64,000 bases of DNA from Rickettsiales bacterium (GTDB lineage: Bacteria > Pseudomonadota > Alphaproteobacteria > Rickettsiales > RI-342). The translations under genes and the position numbers were made by a program. Positions 50,107-59,875 of the stretch are shown here, piece by piece. The stretch covers positions 10,939 to 74,938 of the forward strand of contig JBIPLF010000001.1 in NCBI GenBank assembly GCA_044368015.1, in the 5' to 3' direction. Every line of letters begins with the position of its first letter. The first letter of the stretch is position 1. A model generated the notes under the pieces. That model was not told the DNA's origin. It worked only from the letters and a program-made list of their open reading frames with translations, and ran no database searches.

Positions 50107-51873
50107 CTACCCCCGCGCAATCGGATAGCGCCAGTCGCGGCCAAAGGCGAGGTCTGACACCTTAATCCCCGGCGCGGCCTGACGGCGCTTATATTCCGCA
50201 CGAATGAGCATCTGCGCGGTGCGTTCCACGGTGGCGCGGTCGAAGCCTTCCTCCACCAGCCTATCGACGGATTTCGATTCCTCGATCATGCCATAGAGCA
50301 GGCGGTCGAGCAGCTCGTAAGGGGGGAGGGTATCCTGATCCGTCTGCCCCGGCTTCAGTTCGGCGGAAGGGGCCCGGGTCAGCACCCGTTCCGGAATCAC
50401 TCCCGCCTTGCCCACACCGATATGCGAGACGCCATTGCGCCAGTGGGCGAGCGCATAGACTTCCGTTTTATACAGGTCCTTCAGCAGGTTCAACCCGCCG
50501 CACATATCGCCATAGAGGGTGGCATAGCCCATCGCCATTTCCGATTTATTGCCGGTGGTGAGCAGCAAACTCCCCTCCTGATTACTCACCGCCATCAGCA
50601 ACAACCCGCGCAACCGCGATTGCAGATTCTGTTTGGTGAGGTCGGATAGTGCGGTGTCAGAGGTCGGCGCCAGCACGGGCGTGAGTAGATCGGCTGCCCA
50701 CTGCATCCCCTGTTGAATGGGGAGGCGGTGATAACGTATGCCGAGTATGTCGGTCAGCGTGCGCGCATCTTCCTTGCTGTCCACGCCGGTATAGGGCGAG
50801 GGCATCATCACGGCGTGGACCTGCTCCGGCCCCAGCGCATCGGCGGCAAGCACCGCGGTGAGCGCGGAATCAATCCCGCCGGAAAGCCCCAGCACCACCT
50901 TCCTGAAACCGGTCTTGCGGCAGTAATCGCTGAGGCCAAGCAGGAGGGCGCGGTACGTTTCTTCTAGGGGGGCGGAGGAGGAGGAACGCTCCCTCTCCCT
51001 GTGGGAGAGGGCCGGGGTGAGGGAATCATAAGCGCCGGAGTCTTCCCACACCCAGCCCACACCCACACGGAGAGGGTTCACACGCCCCTCAAGGGGGGGG
51101 CAAAGAACGAGCTGCGCCCCCTCCTCATTCGCCGTAAAATCCACGGCTGCATGGCAGGACTCAAAGCAGGGCAGCATCACCGGATCCTGCGCCTCGCCAC
51201 CGGCGAAATCGATACAGAACGATCCGCCATCGAATACCAGTTCATCCTGCCCCCCCACCTGATTCACATAGATCAGCGGCACGTTGGTCACGGCGACATT
51301 CTCCTGCGCCCTCAGCACCCGTTGCGCGGCTTTGTGGCGTGTGTAGGGCGAGGCGTTGAGGCAAATGAGCAATTCCGCCTCGCGGTCGGCATAGTGTTCG
51401 GCGAGGTCGGTTTCCCACATATCCTCGCAGATGAGAATCCCCAACCGCACGCCGCGCACCACTACCACGGCGGCTTCCGTGCCAGGCGTAAAGACCCGTT
51501 TTTCGTCAAACACGCCGTAATTAGGCAGGTGATGCTTCACATGCAGGTAATGGATCACTCCGCGATCGAGCAACAGCGCGGCATTGTAAAGATTCTGCCG
51601 CTGCACCCATAAGCCTCCCACCAGCAGGGCGGGGCCGCCGTCTTTGGTGATCTCCGCCAGATCGCGGATGGCCTGTATCGCCTGTTGCTGGAAATGCGGG
51701 CGCAGCACCAGATCCTCTGCCGGATAGCCGGTGATCGCCATTTCTGGCGTGACGACCAGACTCGCCTCTGCGTCGCGCCCCGCCTCCCACGCGGCGCGGA
51801 TGAGGGCGCTGTTACCCGCAATATCCCCCACCGTGGGGTTGAGTTGCGCCATCAGAATGCGGAAGGGGGTCAT
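50107..51873 (-). CDS. nadE: Glutamine-dependent NAD+ synthetase, carrying a repeat-encoded linker insert
   Basis: N-terminal CN-hydrolase domain (ICEDMW) and C-terminal synthetase domain ([30 protein letters not shown]). The interdomain segment ..[29 protein letters not shown].. is encoded by the repeat at 50989-51024 and its flanks. Confidence 0.92.
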   Translation of the reverse strand: MTPFRILMAQLNPTVGDIAGNSALIRAAWEAGRDAEASLVVTPEMAITGYPAEDLVLRPHFQQQAIQAIRDLAEITKDGGPALLVGGLWVQRQNLYNAALLLDRGVIHYLHVKHHLPNYGVFDEKRVFTPGTEAAVVVVRGVRLGILICEDMWETDLAEHYADREAELLICLNASPYTRHKAAQRVLRAQENVAVTNVPLIYVNQVGGQDELVFDGGSFCIDFAGGEAQDPVMLPCFESCHAAVDFTANEEGAQLVLCPPLEGRVNPLRVGVGWVWEDSGAYDSLTPALSHRERERSSSSAPLEETYRALLLGLSDYCRKTGFRKVVLGLSGGIDSALTAVLAADALGPEQVHAVMMPSPYTGVDSKEDARTLTDILGIRYHRLPIQQGMQWAADLLTPVLAPTSDTALSDLTKQNLQSRLRGLLLMAVSNQEGSLLLTTGNKSEMAMGYATLYGDMCGGLNLLKDLYKTEVYALAHWRNGVSHIGVGKAGVIPERVLTRAPSAELKPGQTDQDTLPPYELLDRLLYGMIEESKSVDRLVEEGFDRATVERTAQMLIRAEYKRRQAAPGIKVSDLAFGRDWRYPIARG

Positions 51874-53270
51874 ACACCCTCCCGATAGTGTAACCTTTCC
51901 ACACTCTTCTCCCTCCCCAATGCGACCAGTATTTCAAACACGCTGGGGGAGACGGTGGAGCCGGTGAGCAGCACGCGCAGGATCGCCGCCATGTCGCCGA
52001 GCTTCTTACCCTGCGTTTCGGCATGGTGTTTCACCGCATCGTGCAGCGCGGTTTGCGACCAGTCGGTGTGTGCGGAAAGGAGGTTCACCAATGCCTCCCG
52101 GTCGGCGGCCTGTGCCTCCAGAATCGCCTGCGCTTTGGCGCCCATCGGCAGGGGGAGGGGGCGGACATAGAACCGGGCATTTTCTGCCAGTTCCATCAGC
52201 GTTTTGGCGCGTTGGCGGAGCCCTTCCAGCCCGCGCTCCAGCACGTCGCGCTCGGACGCGGTGAGGGTACGCCCTTCGAGCGCCTCCAGAAAGGGCGTGA
52301 GTCGTTCCACAATCACTTCCGGCGGCAAGCTGCGCAGGTAATGGCCGTTTAAATGCTCCAGCTTGGTGAGGTCAAACCGCGAAGGCGAGCGGCCAATGCC
52401 ATCGGTGGTGAACCATGCAATCGCCTGCTCGGTGGAGATGATTTCCTCGTCGCCATGCGCCCATCCCAGCCGCAGCAGGTAGTTACGCAGCGCCTCCGGC
52501 AGAAATCCCATCTCGCGGTAGGCTTCCGCCCCCAGCGCCCCATGACGTTTGGAGAGCTTCGCCCCATCCGCCCCATGGATCAGCGGAATATGCCCGAAGG
52601 CGGGAATCTCCCACCCGCAGGCGCGGTAGAGGAGGCTCTGCCGGAAGGCGTTGGTGAGGTGATCGTCACCTCTGAGCACATGGGTGATGCCCATATCATG
52701 GTCATCCACCACCACCGAAAGCATATAGGTGGGGGTGCCGTCGGAGCGGAGCAGCACCATATCATCCAGCGTGCTGTTTTGCACCGTCACCCGGCCCTGC
52801 ACGAGGTCTTCCACCACCGTCTCGCCGGTCAGTGGCGCTTTGAGCCGGATCACGGGGGGGATGCCCTGCGGTGCATCACTGGCAGGCCGGTCACGCCAAC
52901 GGCGATCATACCGGAACATCTCGCCCCGCGCTTCCGCTTCGGCCCGCATCGCCTCCAGCTCCTCCGCCGTGCAGTAGCAGTAATAGGCCTCGCCTTTTGC
53001 TACCAGCTCATGCGCCACTTCGGCATGGCGGGCGGCGCGGGCGAATTGATACACCACCTCACCATCCCAAGCGAGGCCCAGCCATTGCAGACCGTCCAGA
53101 ATGGCGTCGATGGCGGCCTGGGTGGAGCGCTGCCGGTCGGTATCCTCAATCCGAAGGTAAAATTCGCCGCCGTGATGCTTGGCGAACAGCCAGTTAAACA
53201 GCGCGGTGCGCGCCCCGCCAATATGCAGAAACCCCGTGGGAGAAGGCGCAAAACGCACGCGAACGGTCAT
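51870..53270 (-). CDS. gltX: Glutamate--tRNA ligase
   Basis: [25 protein letters not shown] (HIGH) and KLSKRHG (KMSKS). It has an ATGA overlap with nadE. Confidence 0.95.
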   Translation of the reverse strand: MTVRVRFAPSPTGFLHIGGARTALFNWLFAKHHGGEFYLRIEDTDRQRSTQAAIDAILDGLQWLGLAWDGEVVYQFARAARHAEVAHELVAKGEAYYCYCTAEELEAMRAEAEARGEMFRYDRRWRDRPASDAPQGIPPVIRLKAPLTGETVVEDLVQGRVTVQNSTLDDMVLLRSDGTPTYMLSVVVDDHDMGITHVLRGDDHLTNAFRQSLLYRACGWEIPAFGHIPLIHGADGAKLSKRHGALGAEAYREMGFLPEALRNYLLRLGWAHGDEEIISTEQAIAWFTTDGIGRSPSRFDLTKLEHLNGHYLRSLPPEVIVERLTPFLEALEGRTLTASERDVLERGLEGLRQRAKTLMELAENARFYVRPLPLPMGAKAQAILEAQAADREALVNLLSAHTDWSQTALHDAVKHHAETQGKKLGDMAAILRVLLTGSTVSPSVFEILVALGREKSVERLHYREGV

Positions 53271-53341
53271 GGCGTCAACCTGTGGATGGAAAAGGGCGCT
53301 ACCATGCCATGCGATACGGATTTATGCAAGGATGAGGGGAG

Positions 53342-54100
53342 TTAGAGGCCGGTGATGAAGAGAATTGGACAGGTAACCGCAGTAGAGGTGGTCAGATAGG
53401 TGGAGGTGGTTCCTGTGGTGGCCGTTCCGGTATTGCAGGTGGTGGCAGTATGTGTGGCGCGCAGGTTTCCCGTACCCGGAACGCCGTCATCCATCTTCAG
53501 GTCAATGGCGTAGGCTTCACTCGGCGTCAATGCGTTTCCGTAGCTTGGTCCATTGGTGGTAGCAAGACCAAACCATAAGAAGTTTCCATAGTAGCCATTG
53601 TAGTAGTCGGCATTGCCAGACAGATTACCATAGTACAGCCACGAATATCCTGAAGCAGATAAAGGGCCTCTGGGGGCGTTGGTTCCAGGCACGACATGCT
53701 CCGCACTACCTGCCCCTGCTAAGCCATTGTAAACCCCTTTGATTAAGTCCGCTTGAGCCATCTGTTCCCAAGCGCCCAGTTTCTCTCCAGCAGCATTAGC
53801 TGCCGAGGCGGAGTCCATCTGCCCATCACCATCACCATTGGCCACAATCGTGCTAGACCAGTAAGTGGTGGCGTTGGTGATGTCTCCGGGTATCCCCCGA
53901 TATTTATCGACAAACATCTGGGCGGCAGAAGCATACGCTTCCAAATCAGACGCCACGCGATTTACACCCGCGCTACGAATCATGCTGCGTCCCACCATCA
54001 CCCCGCCGAGGATCAGGCCGATGATAACGAGCACAATGGAAAGCTCCACGAGGGTGAAGCCCCGGCTGGACCGGTAGGAAACGGGAAAAGGGGTGGACAT
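53342..54100 (-). CDS. Type IV pilin-like protein, paralog P3
   Basis: AAGGAA precedes the ATG at 54100. The leader MSTPFPVSYRSSRG|[19 protein letters not shown] is followed by a C-terminal Cys pair. It is collinear with P1 and P2. Confidence 0.85.
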   Translation of the reverse strand: MSTPFPVSYRSSRGFTLVELSIVLVIIGLILGGVMVGRSMIRSAGVNRVASDLEAYASAAQMFVDKYRGIPGDITNATTYWSSTIVANGDGDGQMDSASAANAAGEKLGAWEQMAQADLIKGVYNGLAGAGSAEHVVPGTNAPRGPLSASGYSWLYYGNLSGNADYYNGYYGNFLWFGLATTNGPSYGNALTPSEAYAIDLKMDDGVPGTGNLRATHTATTCNTGTATTGTTSTYLTTSTAVTCPILFITGL

Positions 54101-54150
54101 GAGGGATTCCTTTCTTGTCAATTGTCCATAACCATAGCAACTTATCCCCC

Positions 54151-56208
54151 ATGCGCAAGATGCCAACGCTCACCGACCTCTTCCCCCGTGAACGCTGGGT
54201 GCTGTGGTTGCCGGTAGGACTCGGTATCGGGGCAGGGGTGTTTTTTACCCTTCCCGCAGACCCGCCACCTGCGTGGTTCTGGGCGCCACTGCCCTTGCTG
54301 CTGCTGGCGGTGATCGGCTGGCGGCGCATTCCGGTGCGGCTCGTGGGGCTGCTGCTCCTTTCGCTGACGCTCGGATTTTCCGCCGCCATGCTCCGCACCG
54401 AACGGCTCGCCACGCGGACGCTCGCCGAACCGCTCGGTCCGGTGACGCTCTTTGGCACGGTGGTGGATACCGTCCCGGCGCTGGAAGGGAAGGGGGATCG
54501 CCTGATCCTCACCGATATCTGGCTGCCGGAGATGTCAGAGGAACTCCGCCCCCAGCAGGTGCAGGCGAAGCTGAGAGGCGACAAAACCGCCTTTCCGCCG
54601 GGCACGCGGGTGAAGGCGCGGGTGAAGCTCTTTCCCCTGCCGCGAGCAGCACTCCCCGGAGGGTTTGATTTTGCGCGCAATAGCTGGTTCAAGGGCATCG
54701 GCGCGGTGGGATTTGCCTACGGCATGCCCGTGCAGGTAGAATCGAAATATCCGGTAAACCCAAGCCTTACCGATCGGTTCACGGGTATCCGCCAGCGTCT
54801 CACCCAGCGGATTGTGCAGGTGTTGCCGGGAGCGGAAGGGAGCATTGCCGCGGCGCTCATGACCGGCGAGCGCGCCCATATCCCGGACGCACAAAACGAG
54901 GCACTGCGGGTGGCGGGGCTGTCACATATCCTCTCCATTTCCGGGCTGCATATTGGTCTCGTCACCGCTGCCGTGTTTTTCGGCTTCCGCCGGATGCTGG
55001 CGCTGATCCCCGCTGTGGCGCTGCGTGTGGATAGCAAAAAAGCCGCGAGCGTGCTGGCGGCGGTGGCGAGTTTTTGCTACCTGATGCTCGCCGGGATGCC
55101 GGTGCCGGGGGTGCGTGCCTATGCCATGGCCTGTTTTGTACTGCTGGCGGTGCTGCTCAGCCGCAGCGTCACGCCGATCCGCATCCTCGCCTGGGCGGCG
55201 GTGCTGATTCTGCTACTGGTGCCGGAGAATATCTGGAAACCGAGCTTTCAGCTTTCCTTTGCGGCGACGCTCGCCATCCTCGCGCTCTATGACCGGGACA
55301 GGGAGCCGTTTGAGGAGCCTCCGGCCTTCTGGATCGGCAAGCTGTGGCGGTTTGGCTCCCGCTATTTCAAGGGGATTGTGCTGACCTCGCTGGTGGCGGG
55401 ATTCGCCACGCTGCCCATCACCCTCTACCATTTCCGCACCATGAGCCTCTATGGCGTGTTGGGGAATCTGGTGGGGCTACCGCTCACCAGCCTGTGGATC
55501 ATGCCCGGTGCGATGCTCACCTTCCTGCTGATGCCCTTCGGCAAAGAGGCGCTCGTGCTGCCCTGGATGGGCGAGGGGATCGCCACCCTGCTGCGCATCA
55601 CGGAATGGATCGCGGGCCTGCCGCTCGCCACGCTGTCGCTGCCTGCGCCGAGCCTTGCGGGGGTACTCGTCACAACCTTCGGCGGGTTATGGCTAATGCT
55701 ATGGACCGGGTGGGTGCGGTGGTTTGGTATCGTGGCTATCCTGCTCGGCATGGCGACCGGTTGGGAGCAGCACCCGCCGAAAATGCTGGTGGGTGAAAAA
55801 CACATCGCCCTGCGGCTGGAAGCGGGAGACTGGCTGTGGATCACCCCCGGGCGGCGCGGATTCGGCGAGCAGCAATGGGAGGAGTACTACACCCCTGCGC
55901 TCTTCCGCAAGGCAAAGGAAGATAAAAGCGGGGTGGTGACCTGTGACAAAACCCACTGTACCGTCACCGATGGTCCCACGCAGTGGTGGATACAATGGAA
56001 AGGGGATACCCCCGCCGCGACTGCCTGTAGTCATCACCGGATTGTGCTGGGCCCCAAGGTTTCAGGAGAGATTCCCTGCGGGATACAGGTCACCGAATCC
56101 ATGCTCCGGGTAAATGGCACCCATGCGTTGTATTGGGAGAATGCGAGCGGCGTTTCTATTCGCACCACCAGAGAAGAAACAGGCGCCCGTCAATGGCATC
56201 AAGAATAA
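54151..56208 (+). CDS. comEC: ComEC/Rec2-family DNA internalisation channel protein (no C-terminal metallo-beta-lactamase motif seen)
   Basis: Polytopic protein with the competence-domain block GLSHILSISGLHIG. The N-terminal region resembles the OB/DUF4131 type. No HxHxDH motif occurs in the C-terminal ~130 aa. Confidence 0.82.
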   Translation: MRKMPTLTDLFPRERWVLWLPVGLGIGAGVFFTLPADPPPAWFWAPLPLLLLAVIGWRRIPVRLVGLLLLSLTLGFSAAMLRTERLATRTLAEPLGPVTLFGTVVDTVPALEGKGDRLILTDIWLPEMSEELRPQQVQAKLRGDKTAFPPGTRVKARVKLFPLPRAALPGGFDFARNSWFKGIGAVGFAYGMPVQVESKYPVNPSLTDRFTGIRQRLTQRIVQVLPGAEGSIAAALMTGERAHIPDAQNEALRVAGLSHILSISGLHIGLVTAAVFFGFRRMLALIPAVALRVDSKKAASVLAAVASFCYLMLAGMPVPGVRAYAMACFVLLAVLLSRSVTPIRILAWAAVLILLLVPENIWKPSFQLSFAATLAILALYDRDREPFEEPPAFWIGKLWRFGSRYFKGIVLTSLVAGFATLPITLYHFRTMSLYGVLGNLVGLPLTSLWIMPGAMLTFLLMPFGKEALVLPWMGEGIATLLRITEWIAGLPLATLSLPAPSLAGVLVTTFGGLWLMLWTGWVRWFGIVAILLGMATGWEQHPPKMLVGEKHIALRLEAGDWLWITPGRRGFGEQQWEEYYTPALFRKAKEDKSGVVTCDKTHCTVTDGPTQWWIQWKGDTPAATACSHHRIVLGPKVSGEIPCGIQVTESMLRVNGTHALYWENASGVSIRTTREETGARQWHQE

Positions 56209-56267
56209 ATGCTGCGGCTCCGCATCATTATTGTTTACAAAACTGTCATAATTGGGTATAGAGGCGC

Positions 56268-56541
56268 AGGTTCTGTTTAGGGAATAGTTCAAGGTTTCGT
56301 CGCTGGCTAACCTGCTTGATCCACAAGAAGAAGCGCGCCGGTCGTAGTGGTGCTACGTTCAAGCGCTTCGACGCGGTGGGCGAGGAGGTTAGCCGCAACC
56401 CGCAGGGCCATGGCTGATTTTGCCGCATAACGGCGGAAAATTTTGTGAACGTACATCCGGGTATGCCCACAAAATTCTCCTTGTTCTTCCGCAAAATCAG
56501 GCTCATGGCGAAATCCTTGAACTACTTCCTAAACAGAACCT
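56268..56541. repeat. 274-bp structured element bounded by 27-bp imperfect inverted repeats (AGGTTCTGTTTAGGGAATAGTTCAAGG / CCTTGAACTACTTCCTAAACAGAACCT)
   Basis: The arms match at 25 of 27 positions. The interior has nested helices (GGCTAACCT/AGGTTAGCC; GAAGCGC/GCGCTTC; CGTAG/CTACG; AATTTTGTG/CACAAAATT). It lies in low-GC intergenic DNA upstream of the mucR-like gene. Confidence 0.7.
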
Positions 56542-56571
56542 AATTTCAACCAACAAAAAACGGAGGGGCTC

Positions 56572-57045
56572 GTGCCTAAGAATAACAATAATATCGTTGC
56601 CAACAATAACACTCCTGAGATTGATGCCGATACCAATCTTGCCCTCATTGAAATGACCTCTGCCATTGCGGCTGCCTATTGCGAAGGCAATAACGTGAAT
56701 GCGGAAGCTGCCGCTCACTTCATTCAAACCACTTATCAGACGTTGCGTGGCCTGACGACGGGCAACGCCAACACGACGTCGGAAGAATCCCGTCCGCTGA
56801 AGCCTGCGGTGCCGGTGAATAAATCCATCGCCAATGACTACATCATCTGTCTGGAAGACGGCAAGAAGCTGAAAATGCTGAAGCGTCACCTGAAAGCGTC
56901 CTACGACATGACTCCCGATGACTACCGCAAAAAATGGGGTCTGGCCGCTGATTATCCGATGGTGGCTCCCAACTACGCCGCGCATCGCAGCTCGCTTGCC
57001 AAACGGATTGGCCTTGGTACGCGTGGCCTGAAGCAAGCCAGCTAG
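56572..57045 (+). CDS. mucR: Ros/MucR-family zinc-finger transcriptional regulator
   Basis: The C-terminal block is I.CLEDGKKLKMLKRHL...Y.MTPDDYR.KWGL..DYPMVAPNY...RS.LAK..GLG. The start is GTG, preceded by GGAGGGG. Confidence 0.9.
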   Translation: MPKNNNNIVANNNTPEIDADTNLALIEMTSAIAAAYCEGNNVNAEAAAHFIQTTYQTLRGLTTGNANTTSEESRPLKPAVPVNKSIANDYIICLEDGKKLKMLKRHLKASYDMTPDDYRKKWGLAADYPMVAPNYAAHRSSLAKRIGLGTRGLKQAS

Positions 57046-57119
57046 GCTCTCACCAATGATTCCCCTCCCCAGATGCCGGTTCTTGTGCTAACAACGCCGT
57101 CTGACTGGGGAGGCTTTCC

Positions 57120-57539
57120 ATGACATCGACCTTAGAACAGCGCTGTACCGAAAAAGGCCTGAAGATGACCGAGCAGCGGCGCGTGATCGCCCGCGTGCTG
57201 TCTCAGGCGCAGGACCATCCGGATGTCGAGGCGTTGTATGTGCGTGCATCCGCCATTGATCCCCGCATCAGCATTGCCACCGTCTACCGCACCGTGCGCC
57301 TGTTTGAGGAGGCGAATATCATCGCCAAGCATGATTTCGGCGACGGGCGTGCACGGTATGAGGAAGCTACCCTCGACCATCACGACCATCTGATCGACCT
57401 GCGCAGCGGTAAGGTGCTGGAATTCTATAATGAAGCGCTGGAAGCGCTCAAAACGCGGATAGCAGAAGAATTAGGGTTCCGTTTGGTGGGGCATCGGCTG
57501 GAACTCTACGGCCTGCCGCTGGAAGGGGTGAAGGAGTGA
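57120..57539 (+). CDS. Fur-family transcriptional regulator (Irr/Fur-like)
   Basis: L...GL+.T.QRR.I..VL......H..VE.LY......DPRISIATVYRT++LFEE..I.....F.DG.ARYE, with an HHDHLIDL metal-site region. There is no C-terminal CxxC pair, as in Irr-type proteins. Confidence 0.85.
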   Translation: MTSTLEQRCTEKGLKMTEQRRVIARVLSQAQDHPDVEALYVRASAIDPRISIATVYRTVRLFEEANIIAKHDFGDGRARYEEATLDHHDHLIDLRSGKVLEFYNEALEALKTRIAEELGFRLVGHRLELYGLPLEGVKE

Positions 57540-57592
57540 CCCGTATGAGAGGCTTTTCCATGCGTGTGTATGGGTACGGAACATTTCCTCCT

Positions 57593-57662
57593 CGTCATTC
57601 CAACGAAAGTTGGAATCCGGTTTTTCTGTTGGTTCTGGATCCCAGCTTGCGCTGGGATGACG
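57593..57662. repeat. Palindromic REP-like element (CGTCATTCCAACGAAAGTTGGAATCC ... GGATCCCAGCTTGCGCTGGGATGACG)
   Basis: It has the same terminal CGTCAT/ATGACG ends as family 1 but different internal hairpins. Confidence 0.65.
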
Positions 57663-57678
57663 CCAGAACGATGCGTGT

Positions 57679-58512
57679 GTGCTAGCTAACCTGCGTGATG
57701 CAAAGGCGTCCTTTATGGTAATTCCTCAAGAAGACACACACACCGCCCCCCTCCCGTGGGTGCCCTTTCCCATGCAGTCGTCCGATGGTCGGTTCATGAT
57801 CGACATCGTGCGGGATGACGCAACCCTCACCGATATCCGCGCCTTGCGACGCACGGTGTTCTGCGAGGAAATTGGCACACCGCCGGAAACATTGGCGCAG
57901 GACCCGGCCATGGACGCCATCGCCGACCATCTGATTGTGCGCGACCTCACCACGCCGGAGCATCGGTTGATTGGCGCGTACCGGGTGATCCGCAGCAACG
58001 CGCTGCCAGAGGGGATGCCCTTCCTCACCGAATCCGAATTCGATATAACGCCGCTGAAGACCTTCCCCGGCGTGATTGCCGAATTCAGCCGTAGTTGTAT
58101 TGCCGCTGAGCATCGCAATGGCCGGGTGATTCAACTCCTGTGGCGGGCGATTTCCGCCTATGTCACCCATTACGATGTCGGGTTACTGTTTGGCTGTGCG
58201 AGCTTTGTTGGCACCGATCCCACCCCCCATGCCGAGGCGATGGGGTATCTGGCCGCACACCATTTGGCGCCGGAACCCTTCCGCCCCACGGCGCGGGCGA
58301 ATGCCCACCGCGTGACCCTCACCCCCCGTCCCGAAGTGGAAATGGCGGCGATTTTCCCCCATCTGCCGCCGCTGATTAAGGGCTATCTCCGCGCTGGCAC
58401 CTGGATCGGGCAGGACGCGATGATCGACCCCGATTTCAACACCACCGATGTCTGCATCGTCCTCCCCCGCGAGCGCATCGCAGACCGGTATCGCCAGCGG
58501 TTTATGATTTAG
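57679..58512 (+). CDS. olsB: GNAT-family acyl-ACP-dependent N-acyltransferase, OlsB-like (lyso-ornithine lipid synthase / 'hemolysin-like')
   Basis: R..VF.EE.G........D.D..DH.L+V.D.......+GAYR, F.TESEFD, AEFSRSC+..E.R and PPLIKGYLR.G. The start is the GTG at 57679 or the ATG at 57715. Confidence 0.78.
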   Translation: MLANLRDAKASFMVIPQEDTHTAPLPWVPFPMQSSDGRFMIDIVRDDATLTDIRALRRTVFCEEIGTPPETLAQDPAMDAIADHLIVRDLTTPEHRLIGAYRVIRSNALPEGMPFLTESEFDITPLKTFPGVIAEFSRSCIAAEHRNGRVIQLLWRAISAYVTHYDVGLLFGCASFVGTDPTPHAEAMGYLAAHHLAPEPFRPTARANAHRVTLTPRPEVEMAAIFPHLPPLIKGYLRAGTWIGQDAMIDPDFNTTDVCIVLPRERIADRYRQRFMI

Positions 58513-58735
58513 TTAACCGACGGTGTATGGATGGTCGGCGCCTTGTAATAAATCGGCGGCGATTTGCTCAGGAGCCATACCCTTCGGAACGATAATAAGC
58601 TGGACCGCTTACAATGCGCGTGATGTGTCAGAATTCCACCACGAACGCATGAAGAAAATCCAGCCTTCCATCCCCTGCACAATCACCCGCGCTTCCGCGC
58701 CCTGATGGGATGGAAATAAGGGCCAGATAAGAAGA
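58513..58735 (-). pseudogene. Degenerate paralog of the small gene at 40339-40569 (in-frame TAA, no start codon), abutting the tRNA-Lys 3' end
   Basis: The last 41 nt including the stop match the end of 40339-40569 at 37 of 41 positions. Translation is ..PSHQGAEARVIVQ......SRAL*AVQLIIVPKGMAPEQIAADLLQGADHPYTVG*, compared with ..DPHGNRRVVET......LRAGTVAIAVPQDTDPQEIAKALLQGADYQYTVG*. Confidence 0.55.
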
Positions 58736-58738
58736 GGC

Positions 58739-58814
58739 TGGTGATCCGGGCGGGGCTCGAACCCGCGACAACCTGATTAAAAGTCAGGTGCTCTACCAAC
58801 TGAGCTACCGGATC
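58739..58814 (-). tRNA. tRNA-Lys (anticodon UUU)
   Basis: The reverse complement folds as a full cloverleaf: GATCCGG-TA-GCTC-AGTTGGTA-GAGC-A-CCTGA-CTTTTAA-TCAGG-TTGTC-GCGGG-TTCGAGC-CCCGC-CCGGATC-A-CCA. Confidence 0.93.
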
Positions 58815-58973
58815 ATGAGAGGCAAAAGGTCGGCCCTCTTAGCATTCATGAGGGGTGGCGTCAACTATCCTGTTCCCCTGCCCTACGCCTACCCCCCAAA
58901 AACGGGAACCCATAAAAATCCCCCCATGCAGGGCATGGAGGGACCGGTAACCAAACCAATGGAGTATGCGAGC

Positions 58974-59165
58974 TTACCCCGCAGAAGAACTCGGCAATGC
59001 CTGCTCTCGGTACAGGGCAATTTGCTGTTTCATGGCGAGCTTTTGCTTTTTCAACTCGGTGATGCGCGCAAAGTCGGGAAGGGGACGCTTCATTTCTTCC
59101 ATGATTGCCGTTTCAAAATCGCCGTGTTTCTGCAGAAGACGTTGCAGATATGCAAAAGACGCCAT
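58974..59165 (-). CDS. DUF465 (YdcH-like) small protein
   Basis: AAGGAGGAA precedes the ATG at 59165. MASFAYLQRLLQKHGDFETAIMEEMKRPLPDFARITELKKQKLAMKQQI fits the DUF465 pattern (H..L...I.......D...+..LK+.KL.+K..I). Confidence 0.7.
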   Translation of the reverse strand: MASFAYLQRLLQKHGDFETAIMEEMKRPLPDFARITELKKQKLAMKQQIALYREQALPSSSAG

Positions 59166-59297
59166 ATGTTCCTCCTTGGGATGTAGAATAGAAAACTGAT
59201 GCCAAAAGGCCACACGCAAACACTTTCGGTGCACCTTGGAATCAGGTTGAATATTACAACTTTACAGGGCATGCTTCAACGGTAATTTGGGGGATTT

Positions 59298-59855
59298 TTG
59301 AAAATCATCGTCGGCATCAGCGGCGCATCTGGCGCGATCTACGGGATTTCCATGCTGAAAGCCCTGCGAACGCTGGGGGTAGAAACGCATCTGGTGATAA
59401 GCCCCGCCGGTGCCATGACCATTCATGCCGAAACACCCTACACGCTCACCGAGGTAGAAGCGATGGCCACCCATACCTACCCTGCACGGGATATCGGCGC
59501 ACGCATCGCCAGCGGCTCCTTCGCCACCGCCGGGATGGTGGTGGCCCCCTGCTCGGTGAAAACGCTGGCGGAGATCGCCTGCGGGACCACCGGGAGCCTC
59601 CTCACCCGCGCCGCGGACGTGACCCTCAAGGAGTGCCGCCGTCTGGTGTTGATGGTGCGCGAAACACCACTCCATGCAGGACATCTGGAAAATATGCTGA
59701 AATGCGCAAGGCTGGGTGCGGTGATTGCTCCTCCCGTCCCCGCTTTTTACACGCAGCCGGACAGGCTGGAGGACATCATCGCCCACAGCATTGGCCGGGT
59801 GCTGGATTTGTTTGGGCTGGAGAGCGGGACGGTGAAACGGTGGGAGGGGCTGTAA
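59298..59855 (+). CDS. ubiX: Flavin prenyltransferase UbiX
   Basis: +[14 protein letters not shown]..+L..L......THLV+S.AG, VAPCS.KTLA.IA.G and +RE.PL; 185 aa with a TTG start. Confidence 0.9.
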   Translation: MKIIVGISGASGAIYGISMLKALRTLGVETHLVISPAGAMTIHAETPYTLTEVEAMATHTYPARDIGARIASGSFATAGMVVAPCSVKTLAEIACGTTGSLLTRAADVTLKECRRLVLMVRETPLHAGHLENMLKCARLGAVIAPPVPAFYTQPDRLEDIIAHSIGRVLDLFGLESGTVKRWEGL

Positions 59856-59875
59856 TCCCCTCCCATAGCAGGAAA

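Noticed and set aside
56286-56330. A 22-nt similarity (19 of 22) between GCTGGCTAACCTGCTTGATCCA (56292-56313, inside the structured element) and the olsB 5' end (57681-57702).
   Set aside because: A rough estimate gives on the order of ten such matches by chance in a 64-kb self-comparison on both strands. The similarity does not extend further.
56268-56541. The structured element as two-piece tmRNA, 6S RNA, SRP RNA or RNase P RNA.
   Set aside because: I found no tRNA-like T-arm or CCA end, no plausible ANDN..AA tag frame, and no GGAAGCAGCC (SRP) or GAGGAAAGTCC (RNase P) signature. A 6S-like closing stem cannot be confirmed by eye. It remains an unclassified candidate.
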